A model generated the notes under the pieces. It was not told the DNA's origin. It was given only the letters and a program-made list of their open reading frames with translations, and made no database searches. The position numbers and the translations under genes are program-made. A stretch of DNA of 64,000 nucleotides from an uncultured Gammaproteobacteria bacterium (GTDB lineage: Bacteria > Patescibacteriota > Microgenomatia > UBA8517 > UBA10165): assembly GCA_964472675.1 (NCBI GenBank), contig CAYYLO010000001.1, positions 21,704 to 85,703 on the forward strand. The letters are read 5' to 3'. Below are positions 55,994 through 64,000 of the stretch, piece by piece (the first letter of the stretch is position 1; every line of letters starts with the position of its first letter).

Positions 55994-56010
55994 TGGAAAT
56001 TGGAAATTTT
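55974..56010. repeat. GAAATTG heptamer tandem array (5 units) at the GT2/ArnT-like gene junction
   Basis: gaaaattg gaaattg gacattg gaaattg gaaattt read directly from the sequence; it spans the probable ArnT-like start codon. Confidence 0.8.
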
Positions 56011-56795
56011 TATTTGTATTTCCCCTGGAGCGCATACCAGCGAATCCGAAGCATGTCGCGCAACCCATCGATGGAATCTTTAATAATATTTACTCGAGTT
56101 GTGCCAGGGTGATGCCATTCCACAGGCATTTCCTTTATTTTATAACCAAGCTTGCGGGCAACAAACAAAATCTCCAGGTCAAATCCTGCTTTAACTGCTG
56201 CACCGGAAATTACCCCACCCTTGCCAAAAATTTTCAAACGGGAGAAAATGTCACGCGCCGCCTCTTGTTTGAAAGCCTTAAATCCTGTTTGTGTATCCTT
56301 GAAAGGCAATCTCAAAATCATAGTTCTTAAAATAACAAATCCATAAGCAGTGATCTTGCGGATAAAAGGCATTCCTGCTCTGCCATGCCTTGATCCGATC
56401 ACCACATCATATCCCTGCTCGAAATGTGGCAAAAACTTTTCTACCTGATTTATTGGAGTTGCCTGATCTGTATCTGTAAAGAGAATAATCGCGCCGCCTG
56501 CTTTACCTACACCCGTAGTTACAGTTGCCGCCTTCCCCTGGTGCGGGTTCCTAATAAGCCTCACCCTTTCGTCCTGCTTTTCGAACTTTTCCAGAAGTGT
56601 AGCAGTGTTATCTGCCGATCCGTCGTCTACAAATATTATCTCCCAGGTGTATTTTTGCTTTTTGAGATATGAAATTAAACTTTCGGGAGCGCCTCTTTTT
56701 ATATTGACTTCCTCGTTATATGCCGGCACTACCACTGACAAAAATGGTGTATTTTTATACGCAGTTGAAGAGAAATTCTGATTTGTTTTACTCAT
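56010..56795 (-). CDS. GT2 polyprenyl-phosphate sugar synthase (Dpm1/GtrB-like)
   Basis: LSVVVPAYNEEVNI ... FVDDGSADNT ... FTDTDQA ... KDTQTGFKAFKQEAARDIF. Confidence 0.85.
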   Translation of the reverse strand: MSKTNQNFSSTAYKNTPFLSVVVPAYNEEVNIKRGAPESLISYLKKQKYTWEIIFVDDGSADNTATLLEKFEKQDERVRLIRNPHQGKAATVTTGVGKAGGAIILFTDTDQATPINQVEKFLPHFEQGYDVVIGSRHGRAGMPFIRKITAYGFVILRTMILRLPFKDTQTGFKAFKQEAARDIFSRLKIFGKGGVISGAAVKAGFDLEILFVARKLGYKIKEMPVEWHHPGTTRVNIIKDSIDGLRDMLRIRWYALQGKYK

Positions 56796-58311
56796 TGATC
56801 CTTTGTCTTCGTTCCACAGTTATCCCTCCAAACCGGGCACTTTTTTCAACCTTGCCAATCCCTTCTTGACGCGCAAGCCATGCATCCAGCCTCTCGGGAT
56901 GTGGAGGGTCAACCTCATATAGAGTATACAGAAGTTTTTCCCTTTGTTCGACAGGAGCGCAAGATTTTACAGCGCCTCCATACCATGTAAACAGATATTT
57001 GTAAGCATGTGGAATCACAGGCGGCACGTACTCGTCGTCGTTAAACTTTCGGCAACCCCCCATATCCTGATAAATCCAATCCAACGCTTGTTTTTGATTG
57101 CCGAAAGCGATAGTGTTCGGCCCATCAACGTTGTTATTAATATAATTTTTTGTAATTGGTAAATTATCGTTCAGAAAAAAATAGATAAAAAGGACTAAAA
57201 CAAGTTTTCCCCACCATGCCCGGGCAGCCAAGCCAAAAACAGAAGCCATAACTAAAACAAAAACAAAGTAGTAACCGGTAAAATAGTAGTCATACACGTT
57301 TCCCTGATTGCCCTGGAAAAATACCATTCCGGCAAGAGGAGATACAAAAACAAGTAAAACTGCCGGAAAGTACCTATTTTTAAAAAGGCGTCTTGCAACT
57401 ATTAAAAATCCAGCTCCCAGGATAAGCGCTGTTTTGTACCTGTATTGCCCTGTGACCGGAAAAAGTTTTGAGCCGAATATGTCCAGATAAAACTTCCCTC
57501 TTGCGCTTACAATATCCCAAAAGGAAAGCTTAAAACTTTGGTCTCCGATTAAAAATTTACCAATAGCCACCCGTAATATTCCTTCGTGTTTAATATCAAA
57601 CCAGATTTGTGGGACAAACGTGACAAAGAGCGCTGCTAAGCTTAACCCAAACACAAACAGCGATGGTAAAGTTTTTCGCTGCCACACGGCAAAAATTAAA
57701 GTTGCCGGGAACAAAAACACTTCTGTCGCACTGCCAAATTGCATAGCCATTCCCAATAAAAACCCAATAGGAATCCAGGCCCATATCCTTTTCTGAATTA
57801 CTAAAAACATGGAATACAGTAAAAGCATGCTTACTAGAAACATGGGCGTAGGATTGGAAAGCCATCGGGCGGCAACTACAAAGAAGAAGGAAAAAGCTCC
57901 AATGATCAAAGCAGTAAACGCTCCGGTTTTACCACTTATTTGGTATGTTAAGTGGAACAATACAAAAAGCGCCAGCACTGTTGTTAGAGCCAAAAACACG
58001 GCGGGCCAAACAGGATCTCCTCTACCCAACCAATAAAAAGGCGTAATCAGCCAATAGTACCAGGGTCCTCTGAAAATCCCCTCAATGCCTGTGGTCGGGC
58101 CAATTAAGAATAGCTTGCCGCGGTGCAGGAAATCCCAAACAACTTGAGCATCTCTGCCCTGATCAAAATAAAAACCCAAAATTTTATCCGTTCTCCAAAC
58201 CCGCACATATGCCGCCAGGATTAAAATCACAAAGAGCACATAATAAGTCATGCGTCCAGGCATTCTTTCCAAAGCCAACTCTTTTTGTAAATTCTTCCAA
58301 ATTTTCTTCAC
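56788..58311 (-). CDS. ArnT/GT83-like GT-C membrane glycosyltransferase
   Basis: GFYFDQGRDAQVVWDFL...LIGPTTGIEGIFRGPWYYWL, paralogous to the 28899 and 59300 proteins. Confidence 0.6.
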   Translation of the reverse strand: MKKIWKNLQKELALERMPGRMTYYVLFVILILAAYVRVWRTDKILGFYFDQGRDAQVVWDFLHRGKLFLIGPTTGIEGIFRGPWYYWLITPFYWLGRGDPVWPAVFLALTTVLALFVLFHLTYQISGKTGAFTALIIGAFSFFFVVAARWLSNPTPMFLVSMLLLYSMFLVIQKRIWAWIPIGFLLGMAMQFGSATEVFLFPATLIFAVWQRKTLPSLFVFGLSLAALFVTFVPQIWFDIKHEGILRVAIGKFLIGDQSFKLSFWDIVSARGKFYLDIFGSKLFPVTGQYRYKTALILGAGFLIVARRLFKNRYFPAVLLVFVSPLAGMVFFQGNQGNVYDYYFTGYYFVFVLVMASVFGLAARAWWGKLVLVLFIYFFLNDNLPITKNYINNNVDGPNTIAFGNQKQALDWIYQDMGGCRKFNDDEYVPPVIPHAYKYLFTWYGGAVKSCAPVEQREKLLYTLYEVDPPHPERLDAWLARQEGIGKVEKSARFGGITVERRQRINE

Positions 58312-59303
58312 AGATTTTTTAAATATTCTTTAACCCGACCGATAATTTCATTGACCTTTTCCTCAAAGATGCCAGAAAATTTAGTTGCGAAACCAGCTGC
58401 AGCAACGTGCCCTCCTCCGCCAAACATGGAAGCAATTTTGGCAACATCAATTTCTGTGCGGCTTCTCAAACTTCCCGTTATCATTCCCTTTTCTTCCTCT
58501 CTTAATATTAACGCGAAATCTACTCCATCAATATTTTTAGCAATATCAGATCCGCCAACGGCAAATTCTGTTCCGCCCAAACTCTCTATTTCGGGCAAAG
58601 ACGTGGCCGCCCAAACGAAGTTATATTTCCCTGAAGTTTCTTGTCTTAACTTTCGAACAACTTCCGCCTGATATTGCACTTCTTTAAGAGGTGTCCGGCT
58701 GTAAAGGTTAAAATTAACTACATCTAAATCCGCACCAGATTTAATTAACTGACTTGCCGCGTCCAAAGTATTTTCAGACGTTACCCACCGGAAAGTCCCC
58801 GTATCGGCGGCTATTGCAGTTAAAAGATCAGTCGCGATTTTAGAATTGACAGATGCACCCCAATCCTGAAATAACCTGCAAAGAATTTCCCCTGTGGAGC
58901 TCGCCTTATCGTCAACCAAATTTATCGAGCCGAATTTTGTATTTGTTTCGTGGTGGTCAATAACAACCACTTTTTGTATTGGAAGTTTCAAGTGTTCATG
59001 CCGTGTTACTCTTTTCTCTTCCGGACTATCCATTAAAACCAGCAAATCAAACTGTTCAAAGTCTGCTTCGCGCGGATCTTTGTTGATAACACTATCAAAC
59101 TGGTGTAAAAAGTTTAAATTTATAGGAGCAGTATCCGCTGCCCAAACTTCAACGGTTTTCCCCAAACTCTTAAGATAAGAAGACAATGCAAGATTTGAGC
59201 CAACGCTATCTCCATCCGGATTAATATGCAAAGCTAAAAATATTTTTGATGAACCTTCCAGCGCTTCCTTAATAGTTGCGGATTCAGAGTAGTTTGCAGT
59301 CAT
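58308..59303 (-). CDS. nrnA: DHH-family phosphoesterase (NrnA-like bifunctional oligoribonuclease/pAp phosphatase)
   Basis: LHINPDGDSVGS (DHH motif I/II), VVIDHHETN (DHH), and C-terminal DHHA1 GGGGHVAAAGF. Confidence 0.8.
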   Translation of the reverse strand: MTANYSESATIKEALEGSSKIFLALHINPDGDSVGSNLALSSYLKSLGKTVEVWAADTAPINLNFLHQFDSVINKDPREADFEQFDLLVLMDSPEEKRVTRHEHLKLPIQKVVVIDHHETNTKFGSINLVDDKASSTGEILCRLFQDWGASVNSKIATDLLTAIAADTGTFRWVTSENTLDAASQLIKSGADLDVVNFNLYSRTPLKEVQYQAEVVRKLRQETSGKYNFVWAATSLPEIESLGGTEFAVGGSDIAKNIDGVDFALILREEEKGMITGSLRSRTEIDVAKIASMFGGGGHVAAAGFATKFSGIFEEKVNEIIGRVKEYLKNL

Positions 59304-60844
59304 GGATTGGAATGGGCAAGTTTATAGATTTTAACACCCTGTACTTCCCAGGAATCGACAATTTTACTCATCCCAAAATGGGCAATTTGGGAACTGGCGT
59401 CTGTCGTTGGACTGCAATCCTGCTTTTCGCATATTACAAACAACTGGTCGGTTACAGTTTCTGTTACGCGTTGCGGATCTGCTTCCTTAGCGGGGGATCT
59501 CCAAAGGTCAAAAAAGTAAAGATATCCTTCGTTGTAATTTCTTTCGGCAATAAGACCAATATTAAATGGCTTTCCCCCGCTTTCCTGAAGTATCTTTCGA
59601 TCAATATTTTCTGTCCTTTTCAACTGGTTTTGCCCAGAATGCTTTAGGGGAGTGTTTGTCAGGTTAAAGAGTGTCAACCCGACAATTCCCGCCAACACCA
59701 ACTGTCTTCCCCACCTTCTCTGGTTCCACACCCTCTCCGCCAAGCCTCCTATCAGTAGAAACGGTGCAGGAAATAAAAAACCAAAATAGTGGTCATAAAC
59801 ATTTTGTTTCAAAGACCCCAAGCCTACAAGTCCAACCCCCAACCACAAAATTAAGATAAACATCGGTCTATCCAATTTGCGTTTCTGCCACCAGTAAAAA
59901 AATATTCCCCCTATTGCTCCTATTCCACCAATTGTTCCTATTACCTTATTCCCCCCACTTAATAAAGAAGTCACTATCTGTTTCCAAAGCGGCCAAAGAA
60001 GCGGAAGCGCCGACCACGGTTTTGCCGAAACGGTTTCCTGTCTGTGGGAAAAAAAGATAAACATAGAGGAGAGATTGTGCCAGCCGTGCTTTGAGTCAAA
60101 AATCACGAGTGGGCTCATAAGCAAAACGAAAAACGCTAAACCGAAAAGCGTATAAAGTAAAAATCGTTTGCCGTCCTGCGTACGCAGCCGTGTGTTCGCC
60201 GTTTGCCGTGCGCCCCACCACGACAATGTCCCAAGAATTAAAATTGCCGGCGCAAGCAGTAAGCCCAAATAGTGAGACTGGAGAACAAAAGCGTATGAAA
60301 TCCCTAAAACCACCAACCACCAGTACTGTTTACCTTTCCAAACTTTCCATATACTCCAAATTGACAGTAATGCAAAAAAGGGCATTATGTTTGGATTCCA
60401 TGAATGCTTAGAAAGACCCACAACTGCCGGAGATACGGCATAAAGCAGAGCCGCAGCAACAGCCCCAATTCTGCCAAACCACTCTCTTGCAACATACCAT
60501 ATAAATGCGACAGTAGCCGTGCCTAAAATTGCAACTGAAACTGCAGGCCCTACCGGTGAAAAACGAAAAAGCAACAGCCACGGGGATATAAAGTAATAAT
60601 AGAGGGGACCCAAATACATATCCCCAATCGAAGTTCTGGGCCCGATAAACATCAAATCAAACTGAGTTAAAAACCGGTAAACCACACGAACATCCCGCCC
60701 CTCATCGCCTAAAAAAGGAAGGTACTGGTCAATTTTCCAAAGCCGGAAAAAGGCGCCCAAAAGAAGAATAACAATTAAAAAGGTGGCTTCGATTTTGTTC
60801 TTCGCCACCCACGTTCGCAATTTGTCAAATTTATCATTTGTCAT
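59300..60844 (-). CDS. ArnT/GT83-like GT-C membrane glycosyltransferase
   Basis: LPFLGDEGRDVRVVYRFL...IGPRTSIGDMYLGPLYYYF. Start set at the ATG forming an ATGA overlap with the upstream GT2 stop (60841-60844); the track ORF extends to 60898. Confidence 0.7.
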   Translation of the reverse strand: MTNDKFDKLRTWVAKNKIEATFLIVILLLGAFFRLWKIDQYLPFLGDEGRDVRVVYRFLTQFDLMFIGPRTSIGDMYLGPLYYYFISPWLLLFRFSPVGPAVSVAILGTATVAFIWYVAREWFGRIGAVAAALLYAVSPAVVGLSKHSWNPNIMPFFALLSIWSIWKVWKGKQYWWLVVLGISYAFVLQSHYLGLLLAPAILILGTLSWWGARQTANTRLRTQDGKRFLLYTLFGLAFFVLLMSPLVIFDSKHGWHNLSSMFIFFSHRQETVSAKPWSALPLLWPLWKQIVTSLLSGGNKVIGTIGGIGAIGGIFFYWWQKRKLDRPMFILILWLGVGLVGLGSLKQNVYDHYFGFLFPAPFLLIGGLAERVWNQRRWGRQLVLAGIVGLTLFNLTNTPLKHSGQNQLKRTENIDRKILQESGGKPFNIGLIAERNYNEGYLYFFDLWRSPAKEADPQRVTETVTDQLFVICEKQDCSPTTDASSQIAHFGMSKIVDSWEVQGVKIYKLAHSNP

Positions 60845-61590
60845 TGGGCATTTGTCATTTTGATTTTTCGCCATGGGCGTACCCACCACATCCTCCACAA
60901 CCCTTTAAGGTCTCCCCAGGCCGTTTTGGCAACTTTTACCGTTGAAGCCGGATCATCCCGCCAAACTATAGGTATCTCACAAATTTTGTAGCCCGACTTT
61001 TCGGCCAAAATTAGAAGTTCAGAATCAAAAAACCAGGCTTTATCAAGGATGTGCGGCAATAGTTTCTGTGCAGCTTCGCGCCTTATGCCTTTAAAGCCGC
61101 ATTGAGCATCATGAAAACTTGTCCAAAAGAATGTCTTTATTAAAATGTTGTAGCCTCTAGACATAACCTCACGAAGAAGCGTTCTCCCATAAACTTGAGC
61201 TCCCCTTTTTAACCTTGAGCCAATTGCAACATCAGCACCACCTTCAAACAATGACTTAACCAGATGGGGAAGAAAGTTTAAGTCAGAAGAAAGGTCAACA
61301 TCCATATAGACAGATACGCCCTCCTTGCTTTTAAGCCACATTTCTTTTAATGCGTTTCCCCTCCCAGGCCTGGGAATCAGCACATATTCAAGTCTTTTAT
61401 ATTTTTTAGCCAAAGCTTTAGAAACTTCTCCTGTCCGGTCTTTAGAAGGGCCATTGTCTAATATGTAGAGCCGCCAATCATAAGATTGGAAATTATCCTG
61501 CAGGTATTTATATAAAACAGGTATGGTTCGGGGAATATCTTTCTCTTCGTTATAAACAGGAACAGAAACACCAAGCGTGGGAGCACTCAT
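60841..61590 (-). CDS. GT2 polyprenyl-phosphate sugar synthase (Dpm1/GtrB-like)
   Basis: VSVPVYNEEKDI ... ILDNGPSKDRT ... MDVDLSSD ... HDAQCGFKGIRREAAQKLL. Confidence 0.85.
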   Translation of the reverse strand: MSAPTLGVSVPVYNEEKDIPRTIPVLYKYLQDNFQSYDWRLYILDNGPSKDRTGEVSKALAKKYKRLEYVLIPRPGRGNALKEMWLKSKEGVSVYMDVDLSSDLNFLPHLVKSLFEGGADVAIGSRLKRGAQVYGRTLLREVMSRGYNILIKTFFWTSFHDAQCGFKGIRREAAQKLLPHILDKAWFFDSELLILAEKSGYKICEIPIVWRDDPASTVKVAKTAWGDLKGLWRMWWVRPWRKIKMTNAQ

Positions 61591-61636
61591 AACTTTACAT
61601 TAAAGATAATATCACAAATTAAGGCAAATCATCCAC

Positions 61637-62839
61637 ATGTCTTGCCCGATTCAAGATAGTTGGTATATCATAACTAAGGTGCAAAACTTGAAAGCTCTCT
61701 TAACACTGGCTGTAGCCTCTTTGGCAACAACATTACTTCTCTGGCTGCCTTTTATCTTGCGCTTGCCTCAAATTTGGGGCATACCACTAAGACAGGATGG
61801 TATGGCAGCTGTCGTTGCCAATTATGACGGTCCTTATTATATTGTGGTTGCCAAAACTCTATACAATCCCCAAGCTATTGAAAATAACTTTTCTTTCCCC
61901 TTATCACCAATTTATTATTCGGCCCACTACCCGCTTTTCCCCCTCCTGATAAGAGCTTTAGCTTTGATTCCTGGGGCAAATTACCCCTATGCGATGATTA
62001 CGGTCACATTAATTACTACAATTTTATCTGCCTGGGTGTTTTATTTATTGCTTAATCAGCTGGGGTTAAAAAGGAGCAGCTTGTGGCTTTCGCTGCTTTT
62101 CCTTATGTTACCAGCACGTTTTTTGGTCACCCGGTCTATTGGCTCACCTGAGCCTCTATTTATACTCTTAATTCTTTCCTCAATTCTCTTTTTTGAAAAG
62201 AAAAACTACTGGCTTGCAGGAATATTCGGTGCGCTTGCCCAGCTCACAAAACCCCCCGCAATTCTGCTTTTTATTGGTTACATTTTAGCTGTCACCATTC
62301 CCTACTGGTCAGAACTTGCCCAGTCAAGCATCGCCAATTGGCTTAAGAAAATTCCCTGGAGAACATATCCTTTGATTTTAATCCCTTTAACTTTAGTCGG
62401 CTTGTGGACTTTTTACGGATACACTTATGGAAGCTTTTTGGCTTATTTTCAATCAGGCGACAACATTCATTTGCAATTCCCACCTTTTCAAATTTTTAAC
62501 CCTGCCCAAGCCTGGGTGGGAACTTTCTGGCTTGAAGAAATTATTTGGATTTACGCCATTGGCGCAATGGGAGTAGTTTATTTGGCTAAACAAAAGCAAA
62601 CAACTTTAACGTCCTTTGCCGCAGTTTTCTTTTTGGCAACGCTATTTGTCTCCCACAGGGACCTGGCACGCTATAGCTTACCTTTGGTGCCCATGATTTT
62701 CGTTGGTTTTAACAAAATACTAACAAGCCGTGAGTTCCGTTGGGTTATGGTAATTTTGATAATCCCCATTTATTTGTTTGCTATTGCCTTTATAACCAAT
62801 AACGTTACCCCTATTTCTGACTGGACCCCTTTACTTTAA
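61637..62839 (+). CDS. GT-C fold integral membrane glycosyltransferase, PIG-V-like (paralog of 7364..8533)
   Basis: ANYDGPYYIVVAKTLY and YPLFPLL loop motifs; the 400-aa multi-TM protein is colinear with 7364..8533. Confidence 0.5.
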   Translation: MSCPIQDSWYIITKVQNLKALLTLAVASLATTLLLWLPFILRLPQIWGIPLRQDGMAAVVANYDGPYYIVVAKTLYNPQAIENNFSFPLSPIYYSAHYPLFPLLIRALALIPGANYPYAMITVTLITTILSAWVFYLLLNQLGLKRSSLWLSLLFLMLPARFLVTRSIGSPEPLFILLILSSILFFEKKNYWLAGIFGALAQLTKPPAILLFIGYILAVTIPYWSELAQSSIANWLKKIPWRTYPLILIPLTLVGLWTFYGYTYGSFLAYFQSGDNIHLQFPPFQIFNPAQAWVGTFWLEEIIWIYAIGAMGVVYLAKQKQTTLTSFAAVFFLATLFVSHRDLARYSLPLVPMIFVGFNKILTSREFRWVMVILIIPIYLFAIAFITNNVTPISDWTPLL

Positions 62840-62949
62840 ACTCCTGTCGCGTGAATATCTTTTGCTTTCTCACAACTTAAAGCTTAATATATCCCAGAGC
62901 CATTTGAAGCTCGCTCGCACCATTAATTTACACAAAGGAGGTCTTGCGC

Positions 62950-63666
62950 ATGGCAAACAGACAAGTCAGGATAGCGGTGGCACTGGATGTGCCATCGCTT
63001 TTGAGCGCCCACCGACTCGTGGCTGAACTCAAGCCACATGTCGACTACTTCAAGGTAGGTCTGCAACTGCTCCACTCAGAAGGAACTCCGAGCGTCCTGC
63101 GTGTTCTACAAGGAGAAGGTGCCCGACTGATGGTGGACTGGAAGCTGCATGACATTCCGGAAACTGTCAAGCTCGCAGCCGAAGCCATCAGACAGTACAA
63201 CGTCGCCTACTTCAACTTGCACGCAACCACCGGACGCGCATCCATTTCTGCCGCCATCACCGCACGGGGTGGAAGCAAGGTCATGGGCGTTACCGTCCTG
63301 ACTTCGCTGGACGATGCGGAATGCACAGAGATCTTCGGGGCAGCAGCAGACATCAAGGTCCCGCAGTTTGCGCGTACTTTCGTGTCGCTCGGCGGCCACG
63401 CCATCATCTGCTCCGCCAAAGAGGCACAGCTTCTGCGCAGCATGCGCGAGCTTGACTCCGCGGAACTCTGGACTCCCGGAATCCGACCCGTCTGGGCTGC
63501 AGCCGGAGACCAGAAGCGAGTGCTCTCGCCCGCCGATGCAGTCCGCGCTGGAGCAGACGTCTTGATCATCGGTCGCCCGATTACTCAACCGCCAGGCGAG
63601 ATCGGAAGCCCCGTCGAGGTCACAAAGCGCATCCGCGCTGAGATCGAGGAAGCGCTAGCCGCTTAG
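62950..63666 (+). CDS. pyrF: Orotidine-5'-phosphate decarboxylase
   Basis: IAVALDVPS and the catalytic VDWKLHDIPETV (DxKxxDIP) motif; strong AAAGGAGG SD 8 nt upstream of ATG 62950 (track shows a TTG at 62944). GC about 60%, versus ~39% for the rest of the window. Confidence 0.85.
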   Translation: MANRQVRIAVALDVPSLLSAHRLVAELKPHVDYFKVGLQLLHSEGTPSVLRVLQGEGARLMVDWKLHDIPETVKLAAEAIRQYNVAYFNLHATTGRASISAAITARGGSKVMGVTVLTSLDDAECTEIFGAAADIKVPQFARTFVSLGGHAIICSAKEAQLLRSMRELDSAELWTPGIRPVWAAAGDQKRVLSPADAVRAGADVLIIGRPITQPPGEIGSPVEVTKRIRAEIEEALAA

Positions 63667-63678
63667 GGAGGAAGTGTC

Positions 63679-64000
63679 ATGGTTATTGCGGCAACAGACA
63701 GATGCTTGCCAGAGAAGGCAGTACTTTTACACCTGAGACAAGCTGGCGCAGTCCTGACAGACGATCACTTCGTCTACACGTCAGGAAGGCACGGCAGCGC
63801 CTACGTCAACAAGGACGCTGTATATCCTGATGCGGGACTTGCCAACGGCCTCTGTATCGACATCGCTCGCCACTTCCAAGATGCAGAAGTGCAAACAGTG
63901 GTGGGAACCGAGCACGGCGGCATCATCCTGCAATTCGCCACTACCTGGAACTTGCGGATGCAGACTGGTCGCCAGATCAGCGGTGTATACGCAGAAAACG
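63679..64000 (+). CDS. pyrE: Orotate phosphoribosyltransferase-like (type I PRTase), 3'-truncated by window end
   Basis: HFVYTSGRHGSAYVNKD parallels PyrE's FTLKSGRKSPYFFN hood region. GGAGGA SD precedes the ATG; GC-rich like pyrF; runs off the window. Confidence 0.55.
   Translation, partial: MVIAATDRCLPEKAVLLHLRQAGAVLTDDHFVYTSGRHGSAYVNKDAVYPDAGLANGLCIDIARHFQDAEVQTVVGTEHGGIILQFATTWNLRMQTGRQISGVYAEN

Noticed and set aside
1-64000. CRISPR arrays, rRNA, tRNA, RNase P/tmRNA/SRP signatures
   Set aside because: No regularly spaced direct repeats and no conserved ncRNA cores (e.g. GGTTCGAATCC T-loop in tRNA context, the RNase P AGTCCGG box) were found. The longest non-coding stretches (45106-45548, 47427-47612, 48879-49083) look like promoter/spacer DNA.

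Overview
The window is low-GC (~38-40%) until about 62.9 kb and is densely packed, mostly on the minus strand. Its gene content resembles a Candidate Phyla Radiation (CPR)/Microgenomates-like bacterium, and it is dominated by an unusually large envelope-glycosylation island. That island holds at least 8 PMT/GT39-family paralogs, 7 in one translationally coupled tandem array (several joined by ATGA start/stop overlaps). It also holds about 5 ArnT/GT83-like and 3 YfhO/PTPS-related lipid-carrier-dependent GT-C membrane glycosyltransferases, one of which is fused in a single 1118-aa ORF to a PMT module. Three further GT-C-like membrane proteins are present (two PIG-V-like). Alongside these are 3 Dpm1/GtrB-like polyprenyl-phosphate-sugar synthases (GT2), 6 other GT2 and 5 GT4 transferases, 2 Wzx-like flippases, GDP-mannose 4,6-dehydratase and 2 SAM methyltransferases. 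Embedded in the island are a four-helix-bundle (23S rRNA IVS-type) protein gene, a compact restriction-modification (R-M) module, a Cas4-like Fe-S nuclease, a nucleotidyltransferase/phosphodiesterase pair and NrnA. The R-M module consists of an AbrB/MazE-like small protein, a beta-class SPPY methyltransferase (likely m4C) and an MvaI/BcnI-like endonuclease. The most unusual DNA-level signals are: (i) a ~105-125 nt, ~70% GC, imperfectly palindromic element inserted in-frame into two unrelated genes (a GT2 and a YfhO-like GT-C), reminiscent of Rickettsia palindromic elements; (ii) a perfect 15-bp inverted repeat inserted in-frame in a PMT gene; (iii) a dispersed GGAAATTGGAAATT heptamer-array repeat occurring at least 4 times in both coding orientations. 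The last ~1.1 kb (pyrF plus partial pyrE) jumps abruptly to ~60% GC, suggesting a horizontal-transfer boundary or a chimeric assembly. No rRNA, tRNA or CRISPR array was detected.
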